NCBI RefSeq assembly: GCF_028368995.1
Contig: NZ_JAQNDL010000001.1
Coordinates: 2,080,001-2,144,000 of the forward strand
Direction of reading: 5' to 3'
DNA length: 64,000 bases
Source of the DNA: Nannocystis bainbridge
GTDB lineage: Bacteria > Myxococcota_A > Polyangia > Nannocystales > Nannocystaceae
The translations under genes were made by a program, and so were the position numbers. Positions within the stretch are counted from its first letter, which is position 1. Each line of letters starts with the position of its first letter. A model generated the notes under the pieces. It searched no databases. It saw only the letters and a list, made by a program, of their open reading frames with translations, and was not told where the DNA came from. Positions 9,195 to 18,142 of this stretch are shown here, piece by piece.

Positions 9195-10271
9195 TCACCG
9201 CGGCTCGCTGCGCGCACTCGCCGTGCGATGCCCGCGGCGGTACGCGAGCGGGCTCCGGCCGAAGTGAGCGATGAACGCCCTGCGAAAGGCCCGCTCGTCC
9301 TCGTAGCCGACCGCATGGCCGACCTCGGCGACCGCCAGAGCGCTCGTGGAGAGCATCCGCGCCGCCGTCTCGAGCCGCAGCTGGCGCACGAATCGCGCGG
9401 GTGCGAGCCCGGTCGCGGCCACGAAGTGCCTCGTCAGGGTCCGCTCGTTGCAACCGAGCGCGCTCGCCACGTCGCCGAGCTTGAGCGGCGCATCCAGGTG
9501 GGCGCTCATCCATCGCTCGGCGCGCGCGACCAGCTCGTCGTGGCGTGACAGGTGCTCCATCACCAGAAACGGGGCCTGGGAGGTCCGCGCCTCGTCGATG
9601 ACGAGGTAGCGCGCGCACGCGTGCGCCACTTCATGACCGATGAGGCGGCGCACGAGCGCGAGGGTCAGATCGAGCTGAGCCATGGCGGCCGCCGCGGTCA
9701 CGACTGTGCCCGATGTGCACACGATCCGGTCGGCCCGCAGGTCGACGGAGCGATAGCGGCTGCGAAACAGCGGCGCGAGCCACCACGAGGTCGTGGCCTC
9801 GCGGCCATCGAGCAGGCCCGCCTCCGCGAGCAGGAAGGTCGACGAGCAGCTCGCAGCGATGAGGGCCTGGCGCTGGTGGACCGAGCGCAGCGCCGCCACG
9901 AGCGCGACCGCGTCCGGCCTGACGATGCCCGCGAGCACACGCCCGACATCGGCCATGCCGGGGCCGAAGGCGAGCACGATATCGCCTACTGCCGGGTCGA
10001 CGGCGCCATCGGGCCGGATCTCGACGCCGCCGCTCGAACGCACGGGGCCGCCGTCGATGGTCCGAACCGACCAGCGAAACTCCGGGAGCTTTCCGGGAGC
10101 GAACGACCCGCCGACGATGTTGCTCGTCGCCATCACGTCCGTCGTCACCGCGAGCCCCGACGCGAAGAAGCCGTCGAGCACCGCGAGCTGGACGTCGATC
10201 CGTGCCGTCTGCCGATCCGCCCCGGGTGCCATGGCGCGGCCAGGATAGGCCCCCACCGACGCACGCGCCAC
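9195..10271 (-). CDS. GlxA-family AraC regulator (DJ-1/PfpI domain plus HTH)
   Basis: CSSTFLLAEAGLLDGREATTSW and a C-terminal AraC HTH (VGYEDERAFRRAF); start may be 10232. Confidence 0.9.
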   Translation of the reverse strand: MARASVGAYPGRAMAPGADRQTARIDVQLAVLDGFFASGLAVTTDVMATSNIVGGSFAPGKLPEFRWSVRTIDGGPVRSSGGVEIRPDGAVDPAVGDIVLAFGPGMADVGRVLAGIVRPDAVALVAALRSVHQRQALIAASCSSTFLLAEAGLLDGREATTSWWLAPLFRSRYRSVDLRADRIVCTSGTVVTAAAAMAQLDLTLALVRRLIGHEVAHACARYLVIDEARTSQAPFLVMEHLSRHDELVARAERWMSAHLDAPLKLGDVASALGCNERTLTRHFVAATGLAPARFVRQLRLETAARMLSTSALAVAEVGHAVGYEDERAFRRAFIAHFGRSPLAYRRGHRTASARSEPR

Positions 10272-10362
10272 CCTTCGTGAGCGACAGACGTCGCCGGGCC
10301 CGCAGGCAGCCAGGAGGGCCTCTGCGGGTGCCCGGGGTTCAAAGAAAAACGATGCGTCGCGC

Positions 10363-11418
10363 TTAAGCGGTTCGAAGAGGGAATTTCGTGAAGGTGTCGA
10401 GTACGAGAACGCCCCAAGGTCCCATGAAGAGGGTCAGCTCGGTCGGCAGGTATCGTCGACCTGGGCACGACGGGCACGCCGAGACGAACTCCTCGTCGGG
10501 CAAACGACAAGGGAGGCGCGAGCGCGGCACTGGAGGCCGGCGCGGACGACAAAGTTGCTTGCGGTCGCGACCGTCGACGGTCGTTGCGGCGTGCAGGTGC
10601 ATGCCGTACGCCGTCACCGTCAGCTGCGGTCGGGCCACGGGCTCGCACGGCGGAGCCAGATGCGGACCCTGTAGTCCGAGCTGTACGCAGGCGGCCAGCG
10701 CCGGGTCCACGTCGCGGTCGTCGTCCTCGGCGACAGCGGCGACGACCTTGTGGACTTGCGCGAGCACGGCCGTCAGCCGCTCTGGCGTCGGCGTCGCAAT
10801 GGGCAAGAAGCGCACGTCGGCGCCGAGCTCCTCGAAGGCGCCGTCGGTGACGAGGCAATGCAAATGCACGTAGAGGCCGAGGTCGCTGCGGAATCGCTGG
10901 ACCACCGTGAACACCCCGGCGGAAAGCGGTGCTACCGAGCACAGGCCGTGGCTCTCCTTGACGGACCACCGCATGTCGTGCATCACCGCTCGCGCGAGAC
11001 CCTCGGCGACTTTCGCCAGGAGCGCCTGGTCATAGCCCAGACGCACTGCCAGCGGTCCCTCGAAGGAGAGGACCCATTGCCCGTAGCCGACCGCTGGCAG
11101 CACGTGGTCGACCAACATCGCTGCTCCTTCCGCCATCCGCCGACCCATGCACGACGGGCAGAATCCCCCGCCCTTACACGAAAACGGTACGAGCAGCTCG
11201 TCGCCACACTGGCGGCACGCCGTCCGCACGAAGCCCTTCTCGAAGTCGCCGCACCCCGCGAACGCTTCGAGCTCCGCCCTGACGAACTCCGGTAGCGCGT
11301 GCCCGCCCTCCTCGAGGCGCGCGAGGAAGCCCGGCAGGTGGTGTCGGACGAGCACGGCGGCATCGCAGTCGTGGGTCTGCCGCGGGACGTAAATGCCCGG
11401 CCTCGCGCAGGCGGGCAT
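10363..11418 (-). pseudogene. IS91/ISCR-family rolling-circle transposase, C-terminally deleted
   Basis: Zn motif CRQC...SCKGGGFCPSC, QWVLS, HUH motif VHLHCLVTDG; homology stops at DGRDRKQL (~10552), before the catalytic Tyr. Confidence 0.85.
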
Positions 11419-11630
11419 AACGCCCGCCCCTGCACCCGCACTGCCACGCGCGACCCGCTCACCAAGCGGGCGAGCTCCCTACCGAACCCGCACGCCTCGT
11501 CGTAACGTCCTGGCCCGCGGACCGGTTGGGTGGCCCGCCTGCTGGACGGGCGCCACGAACTGCCACCCCACCGCCCAAGAGCGACGACAGCAGGGATCGC
11601 CGGCCGAGACGATTACCCGAGATCGTCCGG

Positions 11631-11684
11631 GTTTTGGGGCAGATTTGTGGCAGCCAGAGGCACGCAGAGGCAACCCGTGGCAAG
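11631..11684. repeat. Five helically phased GGCA repeats (integrase arm-type or iteron-like)
   Basis: GGCA at 11638, 11649, 11659, 11669, 11679. Confidence 0.55.
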
Positions 11685-11761
11685 TCGCCCTCCCCGCCAA
11701 AGCCCCTCCGTGTGGAGATCCGCGGCATTTTGGCAGCGGAGAAGCTTTCGGCGCGAGTGGG

Positions 11762-13216
11762 TCAGAACTTGTTCCACAGATACTGATTCGTCACCTCATG
11801 ATGGAACTGCACCTCGGCCGTCTTGATGAGCGACCCGAGCGCGCGCGGGCAGCGTTCGGCCGACGCCTGCTTGACCTCGGCGAAGCGGGTCTGGACCTGC
11901 TCGCCGAGCAGGTCGGCGACGAACTTCGACGACTTGAACAGGCGGATCGCGTCATTCACGTTGTCGGGCAGGAACCGCGTGCGGGCGCGCTTGTTGGCGA
12001 TCTCGGCCGGGTCGGGCAGCGGGCCTTCGAGGCCGGTGCGCAGCAATGTGTAGACCGTCATGTACGGATTCGCGTCGGGGGCCACCGAGCGGACCTCGAT
12101 GCGGGCCGAGCGTTCGTTGCCGAGCGGGATCCGGACCATGCTGCCGCGATCGGTCGCCGACGCCTTGATCTGGTTGGGGGCCTCGAAGTGGGGGTCGAGG
12201 CGGCGGTAGGCGTTGACGCTGGCGTTGAGGATCAGGCAGATGTCGGACGCGCTGTTGAGGATCCGCTCGGTGAAGCTCCAGCCCGAGGCGGACAGGCCGC
12301 TCTCGCCGTTCTTGTCGTGGAACAGGTTGGTGCCCTTGCGCGCGAGCGAGATGTTGGTGTGCATCCCGTTGCCGTTGATGCCGGTGACCGGCTTGGGCAG
12401 GAAGCACGCGGTCATGTCGTAGTTCTGCGCGACCTGGCGGCACAGCAGCTTGTAGAGCTGGACCTGGTCGGCGGCCACCAGCGCCTCGGTGTGCATGAAG
12501 TTCATCTCGAACTGCGACGGCGCGACCTCGGGGTGGTCCTTCTCGTTGCCGAAGCCCATCGCCCGCTGCACCTCGGCCGCCGAGTCGATGAATCGCCGCA
12601 GCGCGTCGCCGGGCAGCGAATGATAGTACCCGCCGGTGGAGATGAAATCGAACGCGCCGCTCTCGGGGTAGTTGCGCTCGGCGTCGCGGCCGCGGAACAG
12701 GAAGCCCTCGATCTCGTGGGCGAACTGGGCGACCAGGCCCTCCTTCTCGTACATCGCGGCGGCGTAGTCCTTGAGCCGCGCGCGCATGTCGGCCACGTAC
12801 GGCAGGCCGTCCTGGCCGCGGACCTCGGCGAATACCAACACCTTGCCCGGCCCGAACACGTCGGACGGCAGCCAGTAGAACGCCGACCAATCGATGCTGA
12901 GGCGCAGGTCCGACTCGTGCTGCTGCGAGAAGCCGCGCACCGAGCTGCCGTCGAAGGTCAGGTTGTCGGCCGAGCGCAGCAAAAACTTCTTGTCGTAGTC
13001 GAGCATGTGCAGCCGACCCTCGAGGTCGGTGAAGCACACCGTCACGGCCTTGATCCGCTTCTCGTCGGTCAGGTACTTGACCCGCTGCTCCCGCACCTTG
13101 TCCTGCGGCTGGCGAGCCAGGCGCGCGTTCTTGACCTCGAGATTCAGCTCCTCGAGCTTGTCGTAGGGGATCTCCAGGAAGTCGCGGAGGGCAGAGGGGG
13201 CTTCAGAGCGGGACAT
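11762..13216 (-). CDS. glnA: Glutamine synthetase family protein
   Basis: FDGSSVRGF, HPEVAPSQFE, PKPVTGINGNGMHTN, NAYRRL, RIEVRSVAPDANPY. Confidence 0.93.
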   Translation of the reverse strand: MSRSEAPSALRDFLEIPYDKLEELNLEVKNARLARQPQDKVREQRVKYLTDEKRIKAVTVCFTDLEGRLHMLDYDKKFLLRSADNLTFDGSSVRGFSQQHESDLRLSIDWSAFYWLPSDVFGPGKVLVFAEVRGQDGLPYVADMRARLKDYAAAMYEKEGLVAQFAHEIEGFLFRGRDAERNYPESGAFDFISTGGYYHSLPGDALRRFIDSAAEVQRAMGFGNEKDHPEVAPSQFEMNFMHTEALVAADQVQLYKLLCRQVAQNYDMTACFLPKPVTGINGNGMHTNISLARKGTNLFHDKNGESGLSASGWSFTERILNSASDICLILNASVNAYRRLDPHFEAPNQIKASATDRGSMVRIPLGNERSARIEVRSVAPDANPYMTVYTLLRTGLEGPLPDPAEIANKRARTRFLPDNVNDAIRLFKSSKFVADLLGEQVQTRFAEVKQASAERCPRALGSLIKTAEVQFHHEVTNQYLWNKF

Positions 13217-13270
13217 GGAGGCTAAATAGACCTCCGACTAAGCTAATTTCAAGCATCGTTAGTCTAAATT
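13217..13270 (-). promoter_or_regulatory. AT-rich glnA leader with 21-bp phased CTAAWT repeats and hairpins
   Basis: CTAAAT 13222, CTAATT 13243, CTAAAT 13264; GGAGG/CCTCC and GACTAA/TTAGTC inverted repeats. Confidence 0.5.
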
Positions 13271-13367
13271 GATGAGCCGATGCGTGCGCCAAGTCGCAGT
13301 TTAGCGCGCCTGCCGCGCGGCCGGGCGCGGAAACACGCCATGCCGGAAGACCCTGCGGCGCTCCGCT

Positions 13368-13748
13368 GGCGAGGATCCCTGCGGCACGAACCCGGCGGCG
13401 CCAGCCACTCCGACCCTGGCGCGTCAGGCCGGCCGCCGTGCACATCGCCGCGGCGAGGATCTCGAGTTGCGAACCGTGCGGCTCGAGCAACTCCGACCCG
13501 GCACGCGAGGCCGGCGGCCGTGCAGTTCGTCGCGGCGAGCAGCTCGAGTTGCGAAGCGTGTGGCGAGGGCGGCACGGCCCTCGCCGCGGATCGTCCATGG
13601 CCTCAGGGACCGCGCGTACATCGGCGCAGCAGGCCGCCCGCGAAGATCTCGCAGCGAGTCGAGCTGCGAACCGTGCAGCTCGACCCGGCTCGCCCGTCAG
13701 GCCAGGAGGCCGTGCAGCTCTTCGCCGGCGAGGATCTCGAGCGTGAGG
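13368..13748. repeat. Degenerate ~83-bp repeats overlapping the 3' end of the TerB-like gene
   Basis: GGCGAGGATCTCGAG-like cores at 13368, 13452, 13534, 13727 with shared CGACCCGG...AGGCC...GCCGTGCA context. Confidence 0.65.
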
Positions 13749-14098
13749 TCGGAGTATTTCTCCTCGTCGAGGCCGAGCGCCGCGGCCAGCGTGCGCAGAT
13801 AGATGTCCTCGGCGAGGTCGAGCTCCTCGTCGGCATCGTTGACGCTGGCGACCAGCTCGAGCAGCTTGCGCTTGTCCTCGGTGCTCAGGTCGTCGAGCGC
13901 GGAGGCGACCTGCTGCACATTGAAGGCCGCGGGGCTGAACGTGTTGATCATGCGGAGCAGCTCCTCGGGCACCTCGGCCCCGCCGAGCAACGTCGAGAGG
14001 AGCGAGCGGATCCGCGTGATCTCGGCGCCCGCGAGGCGCTTGTCGGCATACGCGGCGCCGAGCAGGAGCTGGGTGATCTTTTCGATGTGCTGCTTCAT
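13697..14098 (-). CDS. TerB-family (tellurite-resistance-like) protein
   Basis: AAYADKRLAGAE and VNDADEELDLAE twin motifs. Confidence 0.8.
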   Translation of the reverse strand: MKQHIEKITQLLLGAAYADKRLAGAEITRIRSLLSTLLGGAEVPEELLRMINTFSPAAFNVQQVASALDDLSTEDKRKLLELVASVNDADEELDLAEDIYLRTLAAALGLDEEKYSDLTLEILAGEELHGLLA

Positions 14099-14281
14099 CG
14101 CGTCCTCTGCGCCCGGGCGAGCGCCCGCGGCCGGCCGAGGGTAACGCAAAGGGGTTGCGGCCGCACGAGCCGCCGGCGCCCGCGCGTGGGTTCGCTGAAC
14201 CTCGGCCGATGGGGCGTCCCTGCGTCCCTCGGCCGAGCTCGCTGCTTCCGCGGGGGTCGTCGCGCTCGCAGCCGCGCGAGC

Positions 14282-16339
14282 TCATGCGATCGTGCGGCTC
14301 GTGATTCGCCCCGTGACGTCGACGACCTCGAGCCACAGCGGGCGCCCCTCGGGGAACTCCGGCGACAGCGAAGTCATCGTCCCGTCGCGCTCGCGCTGCG
14401 TCGACCAGCGCGGCGCGAACACCTCCCCTTCGCATGCGTCGTCGATCGCCCACTCGACGAGCGCATCGAGCCCCGTCGGCGTCGCTCCGCCCGCATCGTC
14501 GGCGGCGGCGTAGTCGACGAGCCGGACCGCCCGCCCCGTCGTGGTCGTTTCGATCGCCAGCACCAGCCGGGCCGCTCGCACCGGCGCGACCGCCTCGCCA
14601 TCGGCGAAGGGCCGCGGGATCTCCCACAGCGACACCGCCTCTCCGGCGAGCTCGTGCGCCGGCGCATCGAAGTCCCACGCGATCAACTCGAGCGCGCTCG
14701 CCCCCGCGGCCCGGGCCGCTGCCAGCCAGGCCTCGATGTCGAACGCGGTCGGCCGCTGCTCGCCGACCGCGACCACCACGGCCGCCCCACCGCGACGGCC
14801 GTGGAGCGGTGCTGCGGCAGCTTCGCGCTCCGATACATGTCCATCGGGACATGTCCCGGTGAGACATCCGCCCGCGCGGGCGGCCTGTCTCTCGGGACAT
14901 CTGTCCTCCTCCATCTTTATCTCGCTGCAGATCGTACCGCGCGGTCCGGATGGCGCCTGTCCTTCGGGACATATCACCGGTCCATCTCTCTCTGCGGCCG
15001 GCGCCTCGGATCGGCTGACTCCGCTCCGCCCCGGGAGATGGCCTGCGGGACGCGCCTCCGCGCCTGCCTCCGGCGCCCCGGCCGCCCCGTCCATGACCTG
15101 TCCCTCGGGCCATGTCTTCGCCCCGTGCAGCGCCAGCAATCGCCCGCGCAGCTCCGCCTCGCCGACGCGTTCGATCAGCGCGCGCCGGGCGGCCGGCAGC
15201 GCGTCGTGCACCGCGAACGGCCCCGCTTCGCCGCGCCGACACTGCGCGCGCAGGCGCCGGCGGATCACCGCGAACGCCGGCTGCGAGCGGTCGATCACGA
15301 TCCACCGGCGGCCGTGGCGGGCTGCCACGGCTGCCGTCGTGCCCGAGCCGGCGAACGCGTCGAGGATCAGGTCGCCCGGGCGCGAGCACATCTGCACGAT
15401 CCGCTCGAGCAGCGCCTCTGGCTTCTGCGTGTCGTAGCCGACCCGCTCCGTGTGCGTGCCCTGCAGCGCGCGGATGTCCGTCCACACGTCTTGCAGCGGC
15501 ACCCCCTCTTGCTCGTCGAGGTACTGCTTCTGCCGCGGCACCGCGCCCGGGCGGCTCTGGTACACGCGGCCGCTGCGGTGCAGCGTCTCCATCGTCGCCT
15601 GGCCGTAGCGCCAGAACCGGCGCACCCCGAGGAACTCGTAGCTCGGGTTGCCCTTGGCCGCGCCGCCCGGGGCCGTGAGCGGGCTCGACATGAACCTTCG
15701 GCCGGTACCCGGCTCGACGTGCCGGTACCACTTGGCCACATAGTCCTTGTCGTACGGCGCGCGCTGGGTCGTCCACGTCCGCTCCGGACCCATCCCGTAC
15801 AGCAGCAGCACGTCGTGCACCCCACCCAGCCGGCGCGCCCCCTGGCCGGCGTCGTTGTGGGCCGAATAGCGCTTCCACGCGATCTGGTTGACGAAGTTGT
15901 CGGCCCCGAAAACCTCGTCCATCGCCACGCGCACGTGGTGGCACACCTGGATCCCGACGTGCACCACGATCGTCGCCGTCGGCTTCATCAGCGCCCGCAG
16001 CAGCGACAGCCGCGGGTACAGCATCGACAGATAGCCGGGGCCGCCCCACGAATCGCGGTAGGCCAGGACTTCGACCTCGCCCTTCCTTAAGTAGTGCGAC
16101 GCGCCGACGTCGAACGGCGGATCGATGTAGACCAGGTCGACCGCGGCGCCGAGCTCCTCGTGCAGCGCCGCCAGGGCCGGCGAGTTGTCGCCCCAGATCA
16201 GTCGATCGCACCAGCCGCTCGCCTCGCCGTCGCGCTCGCGCAGCGTCAGCGGCCCGGCCGCGACCGTCGCGGGGAGCTCGGCCTTGCCCGGCCAGGTCAG
16301 CTCCACTCGCCCTCCGGTCGGGCTGGTCCGCCTGGGCAT
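14282..16339 (-). CDS. Site-specific DNA methyltransferase (N6-adenine, Mod-like beta class)
   Basis: LIWGDN, VYIDPPF, QKPEALLERI, DAFAGSGTT; no restriction gene nearby. Confidence 0.9.
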   Translation of the reverse strand: MPRRTSPTGGRVELTWPGKAELPATVAAGPLTLRERDGEASGWCDRLIWGDNSPALAALHEELGAAVDLVYIDPPFDVGASHYLRKGEVEVLAYRDSWGGPGYLSMLYPRLSLLRALMKPTATIVVHVGIQVCHHVRVAMDEVFGADNFVNQIAWKRYSAHNDAGQGARRLGGVHDVLLLYGMGPERTWTTQRAPYDKDYVAKWYRHVEPGTGRRFMSSPLTAPGGAAKGNPSYEFLGVRRFWRYGQATMETLHRSGRVYQSRPGAVPRQKQYLDEQEGVPLQDVWTDIRALQGTHTERVGYDTQKPEALLERIVQMCSRPGDLILDAFAGSGTTAAVAARHGRRWIVIDRSQPAFAVIRRRLRAQCRRGEAGPFAVHDALPAARRALIERVGEAELRGRLLALHGAKTWPEGQVMDGAAGAPEAGAEARPAGHLPGRSGVSRSEAPAAERDGPVICPEGQAPSGPRGTICSEIKMEEDRCPERQAARAGGCLTGTCPDGHVSEREAAAAPLHGRRGGAAVVVAVGEQRPTAFDIEAWLAAARAAGASALELIAWDFDAPAHELAGEAVSLWEIPRPFADGEAVAPVRAARLVLAIETTTTGRAVRLVDYAAADDAGGATPTGLDALVEWAIDDACEGEVFAPRWSTQRERDGTMTSLSPEFPEGRPLWLEVVDVTGRITSRTIA

Positions 16340-16466
16340 CGCAGTGCATCGTACTCGACCTCAACCGGGCCCGGACGCCATACAGGCGGCCGATTCGGAC
16401 ACCTGGGGCGAAATCGCGCCACCTCTTGGCGGTCCTGGCGGGATCGCGCACACTGGCGATCGGGCC

Positions 16467-17042
16467 ATGTCGACCGCCGCTGCGCCTCGTTACTTCTGCG
16501 ACGCCGCCGAGCACTTCATCGGCACCGACGCGAGCGAGGCCGATCCTGTCTACGCCGGCTCGCGCGGGGCGCCCGGGCGCGTCGACGGCCCGCGGCGCAA
16601 GGCCCGGTTTCACGGCCCGCGGGCGCTGGCTGCCGGCGGCGCCTCGTTGCTGTTCGTCGCCGACACTGGCAACGGCGCGGTGCGCAGCGTCGACACCCGC
16701 GCCGGCGTGGTCAACACCGCGATCACGCTCGCCGACATCTGCGCGCTCGTCCATGTCCAGGAGTTCACGCCGAGCGGGCTCGCGTGCGACGGCGAGTGGC
16801 TCGTCATCGCCGACACCCGCAACCACGTGGTGTGGCGCTACGACCTGCGCAGCCATCGACTCGCGCTGCTCGCCGGCTGTCCCGGGGCGCAGGGCGACTG
16901 CGACGGTGTCGGCCAGCACGCTCGCTTCTGGTTGCCGATCGCCGTCGCGCTGGCGGACGACGGCCGCGGCTTCGTCGTCAGCGAGGCTCGCGGGCGGCGG
17001 CACGTCAGTCGCAGCGGCGACGTGCGAACTCTCGGTCGCTGA
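16467..17042 (+). CDS. NHL-repeat protein
   Basis: DGPRRKARFHGP, FVADTGN, IADTRNH, DGVGQHARF. Confidence 0.75.
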   Translation: MSTAAAPRYFCDAAEHFIGTDASEADPVYAGSRGAPGRVDGPRRKARFHGPRALAAGGASLLFVADTGNGAVRSVDTRAGVVNTAITLADICALVHVQEFTPSGLACDGEWLVIADTRNHVVWRYDLRSHRLALLAGCPGAQGDCDGVGQHARFWLPIAVALADDGRGFVVSEARGRRHVSRSGDVRTLGR

Positions 17043-17132
17043 GGCGCGCGCTTCGACGCCCCGGCGCGCGCGGGCCTGCGCACCCGCAGCCGCGGGTTTG
17101 ACACCTGCCGGCGCGGCGTGGAACACGGGGTC

Positions 17133-17948
17133 ATGCACGTGCATCGCTTCGGCCTCCTCCTCGCTGTCCTCACCGCCTGCGGCCCGGGGGGTCGCGCCGA
17201 CGCCACTGACACTGCTTCGACCACGCAGCCTGGCACCACCGCGCCGACCTCGAGCTCGAGCAGCAGCGGCGACGTCGCGCCGACCACCACCGGCGACCCG
17301 GGCACCACCGGCACGACCACCACCGGCACCAGCGACGAGCCCGTCACCATCACTGCCGTCACCGACACCACCGCCGTCGACACCTCGACCACCGGGCCGA
17401 TCGATCCGTCGACCACCACGCTCGCGCCCAAGCTCGACCTGCCGCCGGAGATGCCGATCCCGGCGAAGGACATCCCCGGCCTCAAGTCGATCACCTTCTA
17501 CGAATCGACCAGCGGCGTCATGGAGTTCACCTTCCTCGTCGACGGGCCCGAGCTGAGCACCCTGCTGCCCGACCCGCTCAGCAACGCCAACCGCGACATC
17601 GAGGGCACCAGCGTCGAGTTTTACGACGTCTATTACTCCGACGTGGACGGCGTGTTCGATCCGCTCGGCAGCTACCTGACGATCGCCGGCTCGTTCGGGG
17701 CCAAGCTGCCCGCGGGCGGCGGGTTGAACCTGGCCGAGATCTCGCTCAACTTCGAGAACAACGAGTCCGAGTTCGGCAGCTTCCTGGCCAGCTTCGTCGG
17801 GCTCGGCGACAACTACGTCGCGGGCTCCGAGGTCAACGCGATCGACAACGACCTCGCCACCCACACGACCATGGGCAACACCGTCGACACGCCGGGCCAG
17901 CGGCTGCGCGTCACGCTCGGCTTCAAGTCGTCGCTGATGCCGGGCTGA
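17133..17948 (+). CDS. Thr-rich lipoprotein
   Basis: LLLAVLTACG lipobox, Thr linker, KLDLP motif. Confidence 0.85.
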   Translation: MHVHRFGLLLAVLTACGPGGRADATDTASTTQPGTTAPTSSSSSSGDVAPTTTGDPGTTGTTTTGTSDEPVTITAVTDTTAVDTSTTGPIDPSTTTLAPKLDLPPEMPIPAKDIPGLKSITFYESTSGVMEFTFLVDGPELSTLLPDPLSNANRDIEGTSVEFYDVYYSDVDGVFDPLGSYLTIAGSFGAKLPAGGGLNLAEISLNFENNESEFGSFLASFVGLGDNYVAGSEVNAIDNDLATHTTMGNTVDTPGQRLRVTLGFKSSLMPG

Positions 17949-17952
17949 CGCC

Positions 17953-18126
17953 TGCCCGATCGGGCATGTCCCCATCGCCAGGTCCCGTGAGCTCCCTCGC
18001 GGCTCGCGGCGGGCGTCCGACACCTGACCGATCGAGCATGTCCCGATCGCCAGGTTCCGTGAGCTGCCTCGCAGGATCTGGGCATCGGCCGACACCTGAC
18101 CGATCGGGCATGTCCCGATCGCCATG
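17953..18126. repeat. 72-bp tandem repeat (about 2.5 copies) built from 14-bp palindromic units
   Basis: CCGATCGRGCATGTCCC at 17956, 18028, 18100. Confidence 0.85.
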
Positions 18127-18142
18127 TGCCGGGTGCGCGGCT

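Larger units (their letters stand above)
10358..11779 (-). mobile_element. IS91-family relic plus att-proximal arm adjoining glnA
   Basis: Truncated IS91-type transposase; end GTTCGAAGAGGGAATTT resembles an oriIS end next to GTTC; both ends repeated at 5885-6844. Confidence 0.7.

Noticed and set aside
5885-11779. Absence of the 14-bp motif as proof of foreign origin
   Set aside because: Equally long core stretches also lack exact copies; sample too small
13270-13295. Sigma54 promoter for glnA
   Set aside because: TTGGCG is present but the GC is one base off the required spacing
17953-18126. Possible CRISPR array
   Set aside because: Only 2.5 units, long degenerate repeat, ~17-bp variable part, no cas genes
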